From a virus (taxonomy: Duplodnaviria > Caudoviricetes): DNA of 64,000 bases. Below the pieces are notes generated by a model. The model made no database searches. It saw nothing but the letters and a program-made list of their open reading frames with translations, and was not told the origin of the DNA. Each line of letters begins with the position of its first letter. Within the stretch, counting starts at the first letter, position 1. The DNA lies in IMG/VR virus record IMGVR_UViG_3300012344_000018, positions 32,238-96,237 of that record. The stretch is one strand, 5' to 3'. The translations under genes were made by a program, and so were the position numbers. Below, piece by piece: positions 41,309 through 51,444 of the stretch.

Positions 41309-42259
41309 TTAATTCCAAAATCCATTAAGATTAACTCCATTACCGTAATACCCATATTGAGCAGCTACACAATTAGGAACTGCAACAAAAGGTTGATAAG
41401 GAGTAGTAACTGTACTAGGTTGAGCACATTTGATTTCACTAACTTCTTTCTGAATACCAGCAAGAGCAGAAGCTAGAGGATTAACAGCAGCAGCTATTTG
41501 TTGACCAAATACTCCAGTTTGATGTTCAGTAGTAAGCTGGGTTTGAAGAGCATTAATTTTATCTTGCATAGCTGATTTCTCAGAAGCATCAAGTTTAGCA
41601 ATAATTCTATCTCCTACAGAATCTACTGATTTTTCAATATTACAAGTCTGGTCACGAAGAGCATAACCTACATCAGAAAAACCACGAGTAACAGCATTGC
41701 CTACAGAACCAACAGATTCTTTAATAATATCAGTTTGACGAATAGTTTCAATTTGATTTTGATAGTTACCTTCAGTAATAGCAGTTTTTAAATTGCAGCA
41801 GCAAGTAGCAAGTTGATTTGCTAAAGTCATAGTATTCTGAGTACCAGCATTAAGTAAAGCACCAGTAGAAGAATCAATCTTACACCCAACTTGAGTAACA
41901 CCGTTATTAACTTGATTGATAGCAGCTTGAATCATATCAGCAGAAGTATTAAACATATTAGCAAGATTTTGAATAGCAGTACCGTTACCGTTAATAGCTT
42001 GCATAAGAAGGTCACGTCCATTATTATTATTTACCATATTAGCAAGAGGACCTAGACAACCATTGCCATTTCCACCAACACCATTAAACCAACCACCATT
42101 ACGCATAAGAGGATAAAGGAAAAACAGAAATATAACCCAAATCCAACTACCATTACCAAAACCTCCACCGTTACACATAAGAAGAGGAAGCAGACTATTA
42201 ACATCATTAGTCTGTCTAGTTCCACTATCAGGGAACATAAAAACTTTAGAATCGTCCAT
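41309..42259 (-). CDS. Gly/Asn-rich membrane-anchored coiled-coil protein with a CCC motif, cassette gene 1 (316 aa)
   Basis: GGFGNGSWIWVIFLFFL transmembrane segment, LATCCCNLK and a long heptad region. Confidence 0.75.
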   Translation of the reverse strand: MDDSKVFMFPDSGTRQTNDVNSLLPLLMCNGGGFGNGSWIWVIFLFFLYPLMRNGGWFNGVGGNGNGCLGPLANMVNNNNGRDLLMQAINGNGTAIQNLANMFNTSADMIQAAINQVNNGVTQVGCKIDSSTGALLNAGTQNTMTLANQLATCCCNLKTAITEGNYQNQIETIRQTDIIKESVGSVGNAVTRGFSDVGYALRDQTCNIEKSVDSVGDRIIAKLDASEKSAMQDKINALQTQLTTEHQTGVFGQQIAAAVNPLASALAGIQKEVSEIKCAQPSTVTTPYQPFVAVPNCVAAQYGYYGNGVNLNGFWN

Positions 42260-42317
42260 AATTTAAAAAGTTAAATGATTAATAATAGAATGTACTATAC
42301 TAGTATTTTGTACACTG

Positions 42318-42349
42318 CAAAGATAAGGACAAATTCTAATATAAACAAA
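42318..42349 (-). promoter_or_regulatory. Bacteroidota sigma-A-type promoter for the accessory cassette
   Basis: TTTG(42349-42346)-N20-TATCTTTG(42325-42318). Confidence 0.7.
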
Positions 42350-42385
42350 AAGCTGACAATCTAGTTGTTCACTAGTTGTCAGCTT
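42347..42385 (-). terminator. Intrinsic terminator after the HTH gene
   Basis: AAGCTGACAA..CTAG / CTAG..TTGTCAGCTT stem followed by T-run. Confidence 0.7.
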
Positions 42386-42432
42386 AATAACGTCATTAAT
42401 AAGAAAATATTTATTTGCTTTTTACTTTCTTA

Positions 42433-42771
42433 TTAAACAAAAATAGGTTCTACATCTTTATTAGCAAGAGTAGCTTCAGCAGTAGCAAGTCTATAAGCTC
42501 TAGAAGTACTTACATATTGATAAGCAAGCTTTTGCAAATGTCTAACTGCTTGAACAGTTCTATTAAGAATCATAGCTATAGTTGTAACACTAAATCCAGC
42601 ATGAATCATTTGTTCAACAACCATACATCTAGTCATTACTACATTCTCTGCTCTAGATTTACCAACTATATCTTTACGAGTAATAGATAAACTTCCATCA
42701 GGAAGAGTAACAGCACAAGCTTTAATTACATTATCTATTACAGACCAAATAAGTTTTTCTTTATCATTCAT
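42433..42771 (-). CDS. DnaA C-terminal (domain IV)-like helix-turn-helix DNA-binding protein (112 aa)
   Basis: ITRKDIVGKSR...VMTR......GFSVTTIAMILNRTVQAVRH pattern resembles Bac_DnaA_C. Confidence 0.6.
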   Translation of the reverse strand: MNDKEKLIWSVIDNVIKACAVTLPDGSLSITRKDIVGKSRAENVVMTRCMVVEQMIHAGFSVTTIAMILNRTVQAVRHLQKLAYQYVSTSRAYRLATAEATLANKDVEPIFV

Positions 42772-42773
42772 AG

Positions 42774-43814
42774 TTACTTAACTTCTTTAAATATTCCAGC
42801 TTTAATAGCAGCATCTAAATCTAAATTATAATGTTTATCATTAGTATATACTTCAATATAGTTTGAATTATTTATTCTTACAGTACTATGATTAATATCT
42901 ATATTGCCATTCTTATCGTTATTTCCAATAAATATCCCATCGTTTTTATAAATTGCATAATTAGATTTAGCAAGAATTGAAACAGCAGCACCTTCATCAT
43001 TAATTATCATACCTATTATACTACCCTCATTATCATCCTTATTAAAATGTCCTAAAGCTATTTGGTCAGTAGATGCTAACAATACACGATTATTGTATGT
43101 ATCATTAGCATAACTTATAGCTTTATTACCAAAACCGATATTATTAAAAGCTGAAATAGTTTCAGTCATATTATTGTTAATATAACTGTTATTAGCTATA
43201 GCTATATAAGGAATATCATTTTCATCAGCATCATCATCAAAAGAAAACTTTATATAATTGCCGTTTATTGTTACATCATTTCCAGTTTCTTCATTATAAT
43301 GTTTAATATATTGTGTTTTAATTTCAACATCACCATCTCCAAACATAATACCGTTATCTACTCCTGAAAATGTAATATTAGCATCTATCATACCAATATT
43401 ACCACTTATACTTCCTCCTTTAGTTACAGAAAGAAAATCAGACTTAGAAGTAGTACTACCATCGCCTAGAAGTATATCATCTGAGGTAGCATTAGTTTTA
43501 ATATATTTTGGACAAGTAATATTATTACCAGTTATATTTGTAGAAGTTGTACCAGTAGGACTTGTAAAACTAGTATATATCTCATTAGGAGAAATCCTTG
43601 TTGATTTAGTTGTTTTTTCGATAACAGTTTTACTTATAAGCTGATTACACTCAACATTACCATTAATATTTAAATCTCCAGTTATAGTATCTCCATCTTT
43701 TGATACTTTATTATCTAAACTTTCTTGAAGATTAGTTATATCTCCAATACCAATACCAGCTATAAAAGCTTTATAACCTTCTCTTGTCTTTTCATATAGT
43801 TGTTTAATATTCAT
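42774..43814 (-). CDS. Putative tail-fibre-related protein (346 aa)
   Basis: DITNLQESLDNKVSKDGDTITGDL and DDILLGDGS fibre-type segments; beta-rich. Confidence 0.5.
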   Translation of the reverse strand: MNIKQLYEKTREGYKAFIAGIGIGDITNLQESLDNKVSKDGDTITGDLNINGNVECNQLISKTVIEKTTKSTRISPNEIYTSFTSPTGTTSTNITGNNITCPKYIKTNATSDDILLGDGSTTSKSDFLSVTKGGSISGNIGMIDANITFSGVDNGIMFGDGDVEIKTQYIKHYNEETGNDVTINGNYIKFSFDDDADENDIPYIAIANNSYINNNMTETISAFNNIGFGNKAISYANDTYNNRVLLASTDQIALGHFNKDDNEGSIIGMIINDEGAAVSILAKSNYAIYKNDGIFIGNNDKNGNIDINHSTVRINNSNYIEVYTNDKHYNLDLDAAIKAGIFKEVK

Positions 43815-43871
43815 AGTTATTTAATATTTTATTTTGTTCTACAATCAATTAATTTCAATTACAATGAATAA

Positions 43872-44159
43872 TTATATGAGCAATAAAACTAATGCTAATA
43901 TGAATCCAGCAATGCAGCCTAGCAAGTCAAATTTCAAATCTTGTAAATCAAACGACTTACCTATAAAGAAGTCTATAACTTCTTTAATAATGCCTACTGT
44001 AATAGCAGTTAAAACACCAATAGTAGTAGCAACAAGAGCTGAACGATTAAAAAGATTAGCATCTGCAATCGCAACAACAAGTACAATAACAATAGTAGTC
44101 ATAAAATGAGCTACTTTGTCCATACCAAATTTATTAACAATATTATCTAGTATATTCAT
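43872..44159 (-). CDS. Small membrane protein, VanZ-like (95 aa)
   Basis: DKVAHF...GIIKEVID...DLQDL..DLLG pattern and 3 hydrophobic helices. Confidence 0.55.
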   Translation of the reverse strand: MNILDNIVNKFGMDKVAHFMTTIVIVLVVAIADANLFNRSALVATTIGVLTAITVGIIKEVIDFFIGKSFDLQDLKFDLLGCIAGFILALVLLLI

Positions 44160-44162
44160 AAT

Positions 44163-44732
44163 TTATTCTCCTTCTACAAAAACTTTACCATTATCTTTAT
44201 TGGCTTGATAATTATCATAAGCTTCTTTATTTTCTTTATCTAGAGTTAAACTTACAACATTATCTGTTATAACTCCATCAGCTTTAACTTGACCATCAGG
44301 AGTAATTACATATTTAAATGAAGTATCATTATCTTTAATTCCATTACTTCTATTATAATTACTTATTTGTTTATCTACATAATCGATAAATAATTTAGCT
44401 TTTTCATTATTTCCTACAGAATAAGCAACACAAGCAGATTGAAATATATTCCAACAATTAAAAACAACACTGCCATTACCTTTACATCCATAGGAACAAT
44501 CATCTAAAATAGCTTTACCTCCATCAGCTACAAGATTTAGTAATCGTCTATATATTGGAACATAAGTAATCGGAATAGTAAGATAAACTACTTCAGTATC
44601 AACAGAAGTTCCTTCATCATAACTATCATTCTCGACATAAACTTCATTATACTGAGTTTGATTAGTATCAAGAGAAGAATTATCCAGTCCTTCTACGGGG
44701 GGGGTTTCTTGACTAACATTATCTTGAGACAT
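44163..44732 (-). CDS. Putative tail hub / structural protein (189 aa)
   Basis: Cys-containing LDDCSYGC..FNCWNIFQSA segment; synteny. Confidence 0.45.
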   Translation of the reverse strand: MSQDNVSQETPPVEGLDNSSLDTNQTQYNEVYVENDSYDEGTSVDTEVVYLTIPITYVPIYRRLLNLVADGGKAILDDCSYGCKGNGSVVFNCWNIFQSACVAYSVGNNEKAKLFIDYVDKQISNYNRSNGIKDNDTSFKYVITPDGQVKADGVITDNVVSLTLDKENKEAYDNYQANKDNGKVFVEGE

Positions 44733-44744
44733 AGTACTACATAT

Positions 44745-44969
44745 TTAAACATTAATAACTACATTACTAAGACTATTAACTTTATCATCAGATAAAAGAG
44801 TTACATTATCATAGCAATGTTTAACCATTTGTATAACACTAAGTTTAAGTATCTTAGTATTATTAACTAAATAACCTTGAGAAGTCAAAGCATTAATAGT
44901 CTTAACTATTTGAACTTCAACTTTCTCAAGGTTATTTATAGAAGCTTTTATAGCAGAATCATTATTCAT
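44745..44969 (-). CDS. Small hypothetical protein (74 aa)
   Basis: Tightly packed ORF in the operon. Confidence 0.6.
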   Translation of the reverse strand: MNNDSAIKASINNLEKVEVQIVKTINALTSQGYLVNNTKILKLSVIQMVKHCYDNVTLLSDDKVNSLSNVVINV

Positions 44970-44981
44970 AAGAACATCTTA

Positions 44982-45605
44982 TTAATGATTAAAAACTTTA
45001 TTACCAACAAATACAGAATGTTCATCAGCTATAATATCAAGTCGATTACCAATCTGATTTATTCTAGTTAGAGCATCTTGACCATTATAAATAATATCAA
45101 GACATTCTTTAGTTACATCATCTATCCATTCTTCCTTAAGTTTGGTAGATACATTAATTCCATTTATTTCATAAGCTGAAAAGACATTATAAAGTTTATA
45201 ATATTCAGTACTTACAAGTCTAAATATATTTTCTTTAATTAGTTCTTTATTTGCAGCAATATTGTTATGAACAATAATACCATTACAAACATTAATAACT
45301 GCAACTTTAAAACTGTCAAAACCAAGAGTAATAACATTTCTTACTTTAGCTCGTTCTTTACTTTCAGCATCTTGGAAAGCTTTATCTAATACTCCATTTA
45401 GTTTAACAACATTCTCACTAACTTGTTTAATAGCATCAGCCATTTGAATAATAGGCTTATTTCTATCTTTAGCTTTAAACAAATCAACTAGTTTAACTAC
45501 AAGAGTATAAGCTATATAAACACCACTACTTATTAGAACTGTAATATAAGATGAATCTTTAATAGCGTCATTAACTATTTGATTAACTTCATTAAAGTCA
45601 CCCAT
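44982..45605 (-). CDS. Membrane-anchored hypothetical protein (207 aa)
   Basis: N-terminal transmembrane segment followed by a helical domain. Confidence 0.65.
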   Translation of the reverse strand: MGDFNEVNQIVNDAIKDSSYITVLISSGVYIAYTLVVKLVDLFKAKDRNKPIIQMADAIKQVSENVVKLNGVLDKAFQDAESKERAKVRNVITLGFDSFKVAVINVCNGIIVHNNIAANKELIKENIFRLVSTEYYKLYNVFSAYEINGINVSTKLKEEWIDDVTKECLDIIYNGQDALTRINQIGNRLDIIADEHSVFVGNKVFNH

Positions 45606-45620
45606 TGTATCTATATAAGT

Positions 45621-45657
45621 AAAAGTAATACAGCTCCCCCGTAGAAGAGCTGCATTA
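45621..45657 (-). terminator. Intrinsic terminator with a motif variant in its loop
   Basis: TAATGCAGCTC/GAGCTGTATTA stem, loop TTCTACGGGG, then CTTTT. Confidence 0.7.
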
Positions 45658-45667
45658 TCAGTTTATA

Positions 45668-46609
45668 TTAATCCTTATCTACTACAAAAATTGCTGGAAG
45701 AGCAGCTTTATAATCTGCATTCTCTGTAGCACTAGCAAGTTTAGAATCATCACCCTTAGTACGACCTACAGCAATAATAACATCTTGCCATACAGACTCA
45801 TCACGAGTACGAGAAGCTTTACGTCCATACTTATAATGAATAGTATAAATATCATACCAGTCATCACTTACTTCCATAGGATAACCAGGATAAATACTAG
45901 CATCGTCTTGATATACATTATTAAATCCACGATTCTGAGCACAAACAGAAGCAAGATTCTTAACATACTCCTTGTCTCCAATAGGAGCTTGAGCATGAGT
46001 TGCTTCACCTAATGTAGCTAAACCATAAGCGTCATCTACAGCTGCAAACTCCCAATCTTGATAATCCTTACCTTCAACCTTAACCTTAGCAGCACTAATA
46101 GTAACAGTTACATTAAGACCATCAGCAGCAGTCATATTTTGAAGTTGTTCACCAAGCGACTTAGCAAGTTCAGCAGCAGTTGTAATCTTACCTTGACGAT
46201 AAGTATCAGTTACAGTCCAAAGATTACGCTCATGGAAAACTACACCTTTCTTACAAAGTTCAAGACTATAATTAAGTCCTTTCTCAGGAGCAGGAAGAGT
46301 AATCTCTTGACTAAATACAACACCTTCTTTAGGAGTAGTCTTAGTAGTAGTATGAGTAAGAGCGTCAATAACACCAGTAATTACTTGACTATCTTTACCA
46401 CGACCATAAATGAAGAAAATATCATCTTCCTTCATATCTGCGACACCAACTTTAGCTTCTGTAGTAATAAGAGTTTGCTTCCTATCATTACCACTACCAG
46501 CCATTTGAGAAAAAGCCATTTGACCAGCTAAAAGTTTAGTACCATCATTAACTACAGTAGTATCAGTAGGATAAGCAGTACCACTAGGTATAATAAATAA
46601 TTGTTTCAT
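45668..46609 (-). CDS. Structural protein, probably the auxiliary capsid protein (313 aa)
   Basis: Third gene downstream of the MCP in the conserved crAss capsid block; codon usage like the MCP. Confidence 0.55.
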   Translation of the reverse strand: MKQLFIIPSGTAYPTDTTVVNDGTKLLAGQMAFSQMAGSGNDRKQTLITTEAKVGVADMKEDDIFFIYGRGKDSQVITGVIDALTHTTTKTTPKEGVVFSQEITLPAPEKGLNYSLELCKKGVVFHERNLWTVTDTYRQGKITTAAELAKSLGEQLQNMTAADGLNVTVTISAAKVKVEGKDYQDWEFAAVDDAYGLATLGEATHAQAPIGDKEYVKNLASVCAQNRGFNNVYQDDASIYPGYPMEVSDDWYDIYTIHYKYGRKASRTRDESVWQDVIIAVGRTKGDDSKLASATENADYKAALPAIFVVDKD

Positions 46610-46622
46610 TGTTATTTAAATT

Positions 46623-47456
46623 TTATTGATTATTACCATTATCGCCTTGACGATAATTATTTCTTAAATTCTCCCTTTGTTGAGCTTCTTGAGCTTGTTG
46701 AGTAACAGCAATACTTCCAGTAACAGCAGTACGATAAAGTTCAACAGCGTGTTTAACAATATCTACGTGCATATATTCAGGAAGGTCACAATCTACACTA
46801 GCAACTCCAAGGTCAGCACCATATAAAACAGTGTTTGGTTTGCTAATATAAGACAACCTAATCTGTTTAGGAGTTAAACCTTTAAACTTATAATTTGCAG
46901 GTTGAGTACCACTATCAGGTTTATCAATATAAAGCTCAATAGATTCATCGTGAATACTAGCAACAGGACTTCTAAGATTTGGAGCAAGTATAAAATCGTT
47001 GACTACATCTGCAAGATACATATCATCAACAATACGAACTGGAAATATATTAGTATTAAAAGAATTACTTCCAGTATAATCTATACTTAAATCTACAATA
47101 TAAATATATTTAATAGGATTCTCACCAGCAGGATTAAAAACATCATCTTCTTGAAATGCTTTAATAGGTATTATATAGCTAGCTATATAAGAAGTCTTAG
47201 ATGTACCTAATTGAGCAAAGCCTTTCCAAACTTTATAAAGAGACTTAAGAGCATTAACTTGATTAAGCTTAGAATTATCAGTTACAACTCTATCATTAGT
47301 AATACCAACATTTTGAGTAATAACTTGATTTAAAGTATCACTGATACTATTATTAATCAGCAAGTCTATTTGTTGAGGGAGAATTGCACGGACATTCTGC
47401 ATACCCATTTGCTGAGCATACTGCCTGAACATCACGTGCATTTCTTCTATATTCAT
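46623..47456 (-). CDS. Ring/adaptor structural protein (277 aa)
   Basis: MNIEEMH..F....QQ N-terminus and CDLPEYMHVDIVKHAV C-terminal motif; synteny. Confidence 0.6.
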   Translation of the reverse strand: MNIEEMHVMFRQYAQQMGMQNVRAILPQQIDLLINNSISDTLNQVITQNVGITNDRVVTDNSKLNQVNALKSLYKVWKGFAQLGTSKTSYIASYIIPIKAFQEDDVFNPAGENPIKYIYIVDLSIDYTGSNSFNTNIFPVRIVDDMYLADVVNDFILAPNLRSPVASIHDESIELYIDKPDSGTQPANYKFKGLTPKQIRLSYISKPNTVLYGADLGVASVDCDLPEYMHVDIVKHAVELYRTAVTGSIAVTQQAQEAQQRENLRNNYRQGDNGNNQ

Positions 47457-47468
47457 AATCTAAATTAT

Positions 47469-48569
47469 TTAGATGAGTTTCATCTTGTTCTCAAGTTGTG
47501 TCTTGAAACCAGCATTATCTACATTATTAAAATAAGCTACAGCAGCATTCATATTCTCACCAATAAATTGACCATCAGGAGTAGAAATTTGTTGATTAAG
47601 TTCAGAACGAACAAGCTCACCTCTAGCAATACATAGTTCTATAAAACACTTAACTTGAATATTTTTATCATCAACAAAAGAGTTAAACTTATTAGGGTCT
47701 TCATTTATAAATGAAATCAGTTCTGATTCACGAGTAGAAGTTTCATTAGCAAGACCAATAGAAATGTTACGATGCTTATAAGTAAGATATGCAACATAAA
47801 GTGCAAGCATCTTAGAAGGAGAAGCATTAGCTTCAATAAAGTTACGCATAGCAACTTTACGAGCATTAAGAATTTTCTTCTCACGTTCTTTCTCCTTTTG
47901 AACATCTTTAATATAGAAACGAAGATTAGCATTACCACCAATAAACTTAGTATCTTTAGCCACTTCACTATAAAGCAAACAGTGACGATAAGCTATATAC
48001 TCAGCATAATTTATAGGATAACCGTATTTATACTTTGTAGCTTCAATACGATTAATCTCATCGTTTCTAAGAGTAGCATCTTTTTCAGTCTGTTCTGAAG
48101 CTTCATACTTCTTATTAACAGCATCTAATTTAGCTTTAATCTCAAGATAATCACGCTTATGATGATAAACAAAAGAAGCATCAAGAGTTTTTTCTCCATC
48201 TACAATAATTTGTATATTGCTAAGATAACGCTTAACAGCAGTTATAAACTCAGGATTATTGGAAGACATACTAACAAGTTCTGGATAATAAGCTTCAATC
48301 TCACCTTTATTAGCCATAAGCTTACGAGTAGAACCAATAGAACTACCAATAACAGTTTTAGGTTTACCTATAGCTAAAGAGTTAATTGCACGATAAGCAG
48401 AAACTCTAGCAACAGCAGCAATGACTATCTTTTTATTTTCAGTATATTCTGCTTCAAGGTCTTCATTCTTATTGATAGGAGATTCAACCTTAGAAGAAGA
48501 TCCATCTTTAGAAGGCTCATTACTTTTATCTTGACCTTTACTATCTACATTAAGTTTTAAATCAGCCAT
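47469..48569 (-). CDS. Conserved crAss capsid-module protein (366 aa)
   Basis: Directly downstream of the MCP. Confidence 0.55.
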   Translation of the reverse strand: MADLKLNVDSKGQDKSNEPSKDGSSSKVESPINKNEDLEAEYTENKKIVIAAVARVSAYRAINSLAIGKPKTVIGSSIGSTRKLMANKGEIEAYYPELVSMSSNNPEFITAVKRYLSNIQIIVDGEKTLDASFVYHHKRDYLEIKAKLDAVNKKYEASEQTEKDATLRNDEINRIEATKYKYGYPINYAEYIAYRHCLLYSEVAKDTKFIGGNANLRFYIKDVQKEKEREKKILNARKVAMRNFIEANASPSKMLALYVAYLTYKHRNISIGLANETSTRESELISFINEDPNKFNSFVDDKNIQVKCFIELCIARGELVRSELNQQISTPDGQFIGENMNAAVAYFNNVDNAGFKTQLENKMKLI

Positions 48570-48592
48570 AGTTATATTTGTTTAATAAGTTA

Positions 48593-50065
48593 TTAAAGTA
48601 CACATTTCAAATGGAAGAACTTAGTAGCCTTATCTACTTGAAGTCCATAAGAATCCTTAACCTCATAACGAGATACATCTACATCAGTAGCAAAACTATT
48701 TGTAGGAACTGCACCCCAAGAAGCAGGAATAGGAGTAAGACCCTTAATTACACCAGCGATATGTTCTTGACCTCTCATACGAACTTTACGAACATTTTGA
48801 TGTCCATTATAAGAAGAAAGGTCAATCAAGAAAGCTTGATGAGAACTCAAAGGAAGACCTGTACGTGGATGAATACGACCATTAGCTTTATCATTCTCAG
48901 CCATAGTACCCTTAGTAAGGAATGACATATTCTTAAGAGTAACAGTATGACCATCTACAGTCTTATACTTACGGAAATAACGACCATAAGTCAAATCACC
49001 ACCATCATCACCAATCATCTTATCACCAAGAGGTGTAAGGAAACCACTATCCTTAGCATCATTCTTAATTGCTCGGTCAAAGTCCTCAAAGAAACCTTTA
49101 CCACAAAGAAGAACTACATTCATATCGCCAGTATCAGTGTCTTTATCAAGAATATCACCAATAGTACGAGAAATCTTATTCAGAGTAAGTTCCTCACCAT
49201 AAGTATCGTAATTAGATTCATCGCAAATCTGTTGCATACCAGCAGTATGAGGAATTGGCTGACCATTATCTTCATCTAACAGAGTAATCTCACCATTAAT
49301 AGTCTTATTATACTCTGCAAACCAAAGACGCTCTTCATTAACAACACGTTGTTGAAGCTCAAATTGACGCATTTCCTCATTCATCCAAAGATTAGTAGTA
49401 CCACCACTCTTAGTCTTGAACTCATAAGTTACAATAGTATTAGCAATATTACCAGCAATTTCTTTACTAAAACGATGGAACTCAAGTTGAGAAGTCATCT
49501 TACCAGGTCCCATTACATTACTTCTATTACCCTTAGAATAACTCTGAGGAATAGTAGGAGCAGTCATAGACCAATACTTACCAACAGCAAGATTCTCAGC
49601 AGCTACATAAGCATTAGGGTCTGGATTTGTAAGACGAAGGCGATAAAGATAACCACCATGAGCACCAGCTCCAAGGTCTTTCATAATACGAACTTGAGTA
49701 ACACCATCAGGTGCAATCAAACCATATTGCTCAATAAACCAATGAGTTTTAAACTCAACTTCAAATGTAGTACCACCTTTACCAAGATTAGCAGTATTAC
49801 TACACCAAAGAACAGAATCATTAAACTTCATACGACCCATGGTCTTCCAAGTCCAATCAACTGAATCAATAGTAACAACACCAGCAGAACCTTGTCCTTC
49901 AGTTAAAAGATTAAGAGGAAATCTATCATCATCCATACCAAAGGTATAAGTCAGAGTAGAATTAATCTCAGCAGGTTTACTAATCATAAGATGAGCGATA
50001 GTTTCCTCATTAGAGTAACCTCTATCATCATAATTACCACGTTGTACTTCTCTTAATTTGTACAT
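48593..50065 (-). CDS. Major capsid protein (490 aa)
   Basis: Size, position after portal and scaffold, crAss-type sequence (FPLNLLTEG, EERLWFAEY, GMQQI) and high-expression codon bias. Confidence 0.85.
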   Translation of the reverse strand: MYKLREVQRGNYDDRGYSNEETIAHLMISKPAEINSTLTYTFGMDDDRFPLNLLTEGQGSAGVVTIDSVDWTWKTMGRMKFNDSVLWCSNTANLGKGGTTFEVEFKTHWFIEQYGLIAPDGVTQVRIMKDLGAGAHGGYLYRLRLTNPDPNAYVAAENLAVGKYWSMTAPTIPQSYSKGNRSNVMGPGKMTSQLEFHRFSKEIAGNIANTIVTYEFKTKSGGTTNLWMNEEMRQFELQQRVVNEERLWFAEYNKTINGEITLLDEDNGQPIPHTAGMQQICDESNYDTYGEELTLNKISRTIGDILDKDTDTGDMNVVLLCGKGFFEDFDRAIKNDAKDSGFLTPLGDKMIGDDGGDLTYGRYFRKYKTVDGHTVTLKNMSFLTKGTMAENDKANGRIHPRTGLPLSSHQAFLIDLSSYNGHQNVRKVRMRGQEHIAGVIKGLTPIPASWGAVPTNSFATDVDVSRYEVKDSYGLQVDKATKFFHLKCVL

Positions 50066-50094
50066 AGTTATTTAATTAATTTGTTAAACATTAC

Positions 50095-51444
50095 CTAGAA
50101 GAGCAAGTCTTCTACGTTTACTTTACCATTATTAGCAGCAGCTGGTTTAGTAATTACAACAGTTTTACGACCTTCATTTTCTTTAGCCTTTAGCTTTAGA
50201 GTTTTAACTTGTTGTTCTCTAACAGCCATATCAATAAGGTCTTTATAACTTCCACCTGTAAAAGTCAGCCATGCAGAAATAAGTTGTTCATTTAAATCAT
50301 CATCAGGAGTTCTAGCAGCTAAATCTCTTTGATAAGCAGTAGTAATATTTCCATCTTTATCTTCATCTTGACGATATAGATAATTAAAGAAATCATCAAT
50401 AGTAGTAGTAACCTTTTGACCATTTACTTCACGTACAAATGACTTAGGTAATTGATATTCACCAACTTTACCTTCAGCAAGTTTATTATGTACATTAGTC
50501 CAATAAGCAGTAGTTTGCTCTTCTTGTTCTTTACGTTGAGCTTCAGCTTGACGAGCATATTCTTCATTACGTTTCTTATCTGCGTTTTGAAGATTTTCAA
50601 GTTGAGCTTTAGCTTCATCATAAAGACCACCACTATCTTTAAGATACTTAATGTAATTATCATTAAGAGTAGTATTACCAAACTCTTGAGCAGCAGCTTT
50701 AATTATAGCAATTTGTTGAGCTTCATTATCTTGTTCTACTTTAATTCCACTTCTATCAGGAAGTTCACCAAAACCACGAGGAGAACCATTAACAGCTAGA
50801 TAATTAGCAAATTGAGCAAGAATAGGATTATCTGTAAATACTTTATTAACAGCAGCTTGTTGAAGTTCATTAGAACGAAGAGAAATGACATTCTCAATAT
50901 AAGATTTAACACCAGCAGCATCGTTAGTAAATTCTACTGGATTTCCTTTCTCATCAACAATTTCTTCACCAATAGCTTTTTGAATAGCATCTAAAGAAAG
51001 TTCATCAGCTCCTTCTTCAGTACCTTTTTCTTTATTATTTACATCAAAACCTTTAAGCCATTCATCAACATCTTTAGCTTCTTTAAATACTTTACCATCA
51101 GGGTCAAGAACATTACCATCTTTATCAACAGTATAAGTCTTACCGTCTAGTTCAATATTCGTTCCTTCCTCTAGCCCCCCCGTAGAAGGGTTTGTATTGT
51201 TGTTTTCTTTACCACCTTTATTAGACTCTTCCTTTGGAGGTTCATTAGCTGGAGGTTCATTAGCTGGAGGTTCATTTTCATTACCTTTTTCTCCACTAAC
51301 GTGTGGAGGATTGCTAGGATTACCAGCAGGAGGAGGAGTAGTACTACCACCTCCATTTCCACCATTACCTTCAAAATCAATCTCAGCTGGACCTAAAAGT
51401 CTTTTGTGCTGACGAACACCTAAAGTATTACGAAATACAAACAT
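50095..51444 (-). CDS. Putative scaffolding protein (449 aa)
   Basis: Acidic, Pro-rich disordered N-terminus (PPANE x2) and coiled coil; between portal and MCP. Confidence 0.6.
   Translation of the reverse strand: MFVFRNTLGVRQHKRLLGPAEIDFEGNGGNGGGSTTPPPAGNPSNPPHVSGEKGNENEPPANEPPANEPPKEESNKGGKENNNTNPSTGGLEEGTNIELDGKTYTVDKDGNVLDPDGKVFKEAKDVDEWLKGFDVNNKEKGTEEGADELSLDAIQKAIGEEIVDEKGNPVEFTNDAAGVKSYIENVISLRSNELQQAAVNKVFTDNPILAQFANYLAVNGSPRGFGELPDRSGIKVEQDNEAQQIAIIKAAAQEFGNTTLNDNYIKYLKDSGGLYDEAKAQLENLQNADKKRNEEYARQAEAQRKEQEEQTTAYWTNVHNKLAEGKVGEYQLPKSFVREVNGQKVTTTIDDFFNYLYRQDEDKDGNITTAYQRDLAARTPDDDLNEQLISAWLTFTGGSYKDLIDMAVREQQVKTLKLKAKENEGRKTVVITKPAAANNGKVNVEDLLF

Noticed and set aside
51241-51270. 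15-bp tandem duplication (PPANE x2)
   Set aside because: Ordinary low-complexity linker expansion in the scaffold protein
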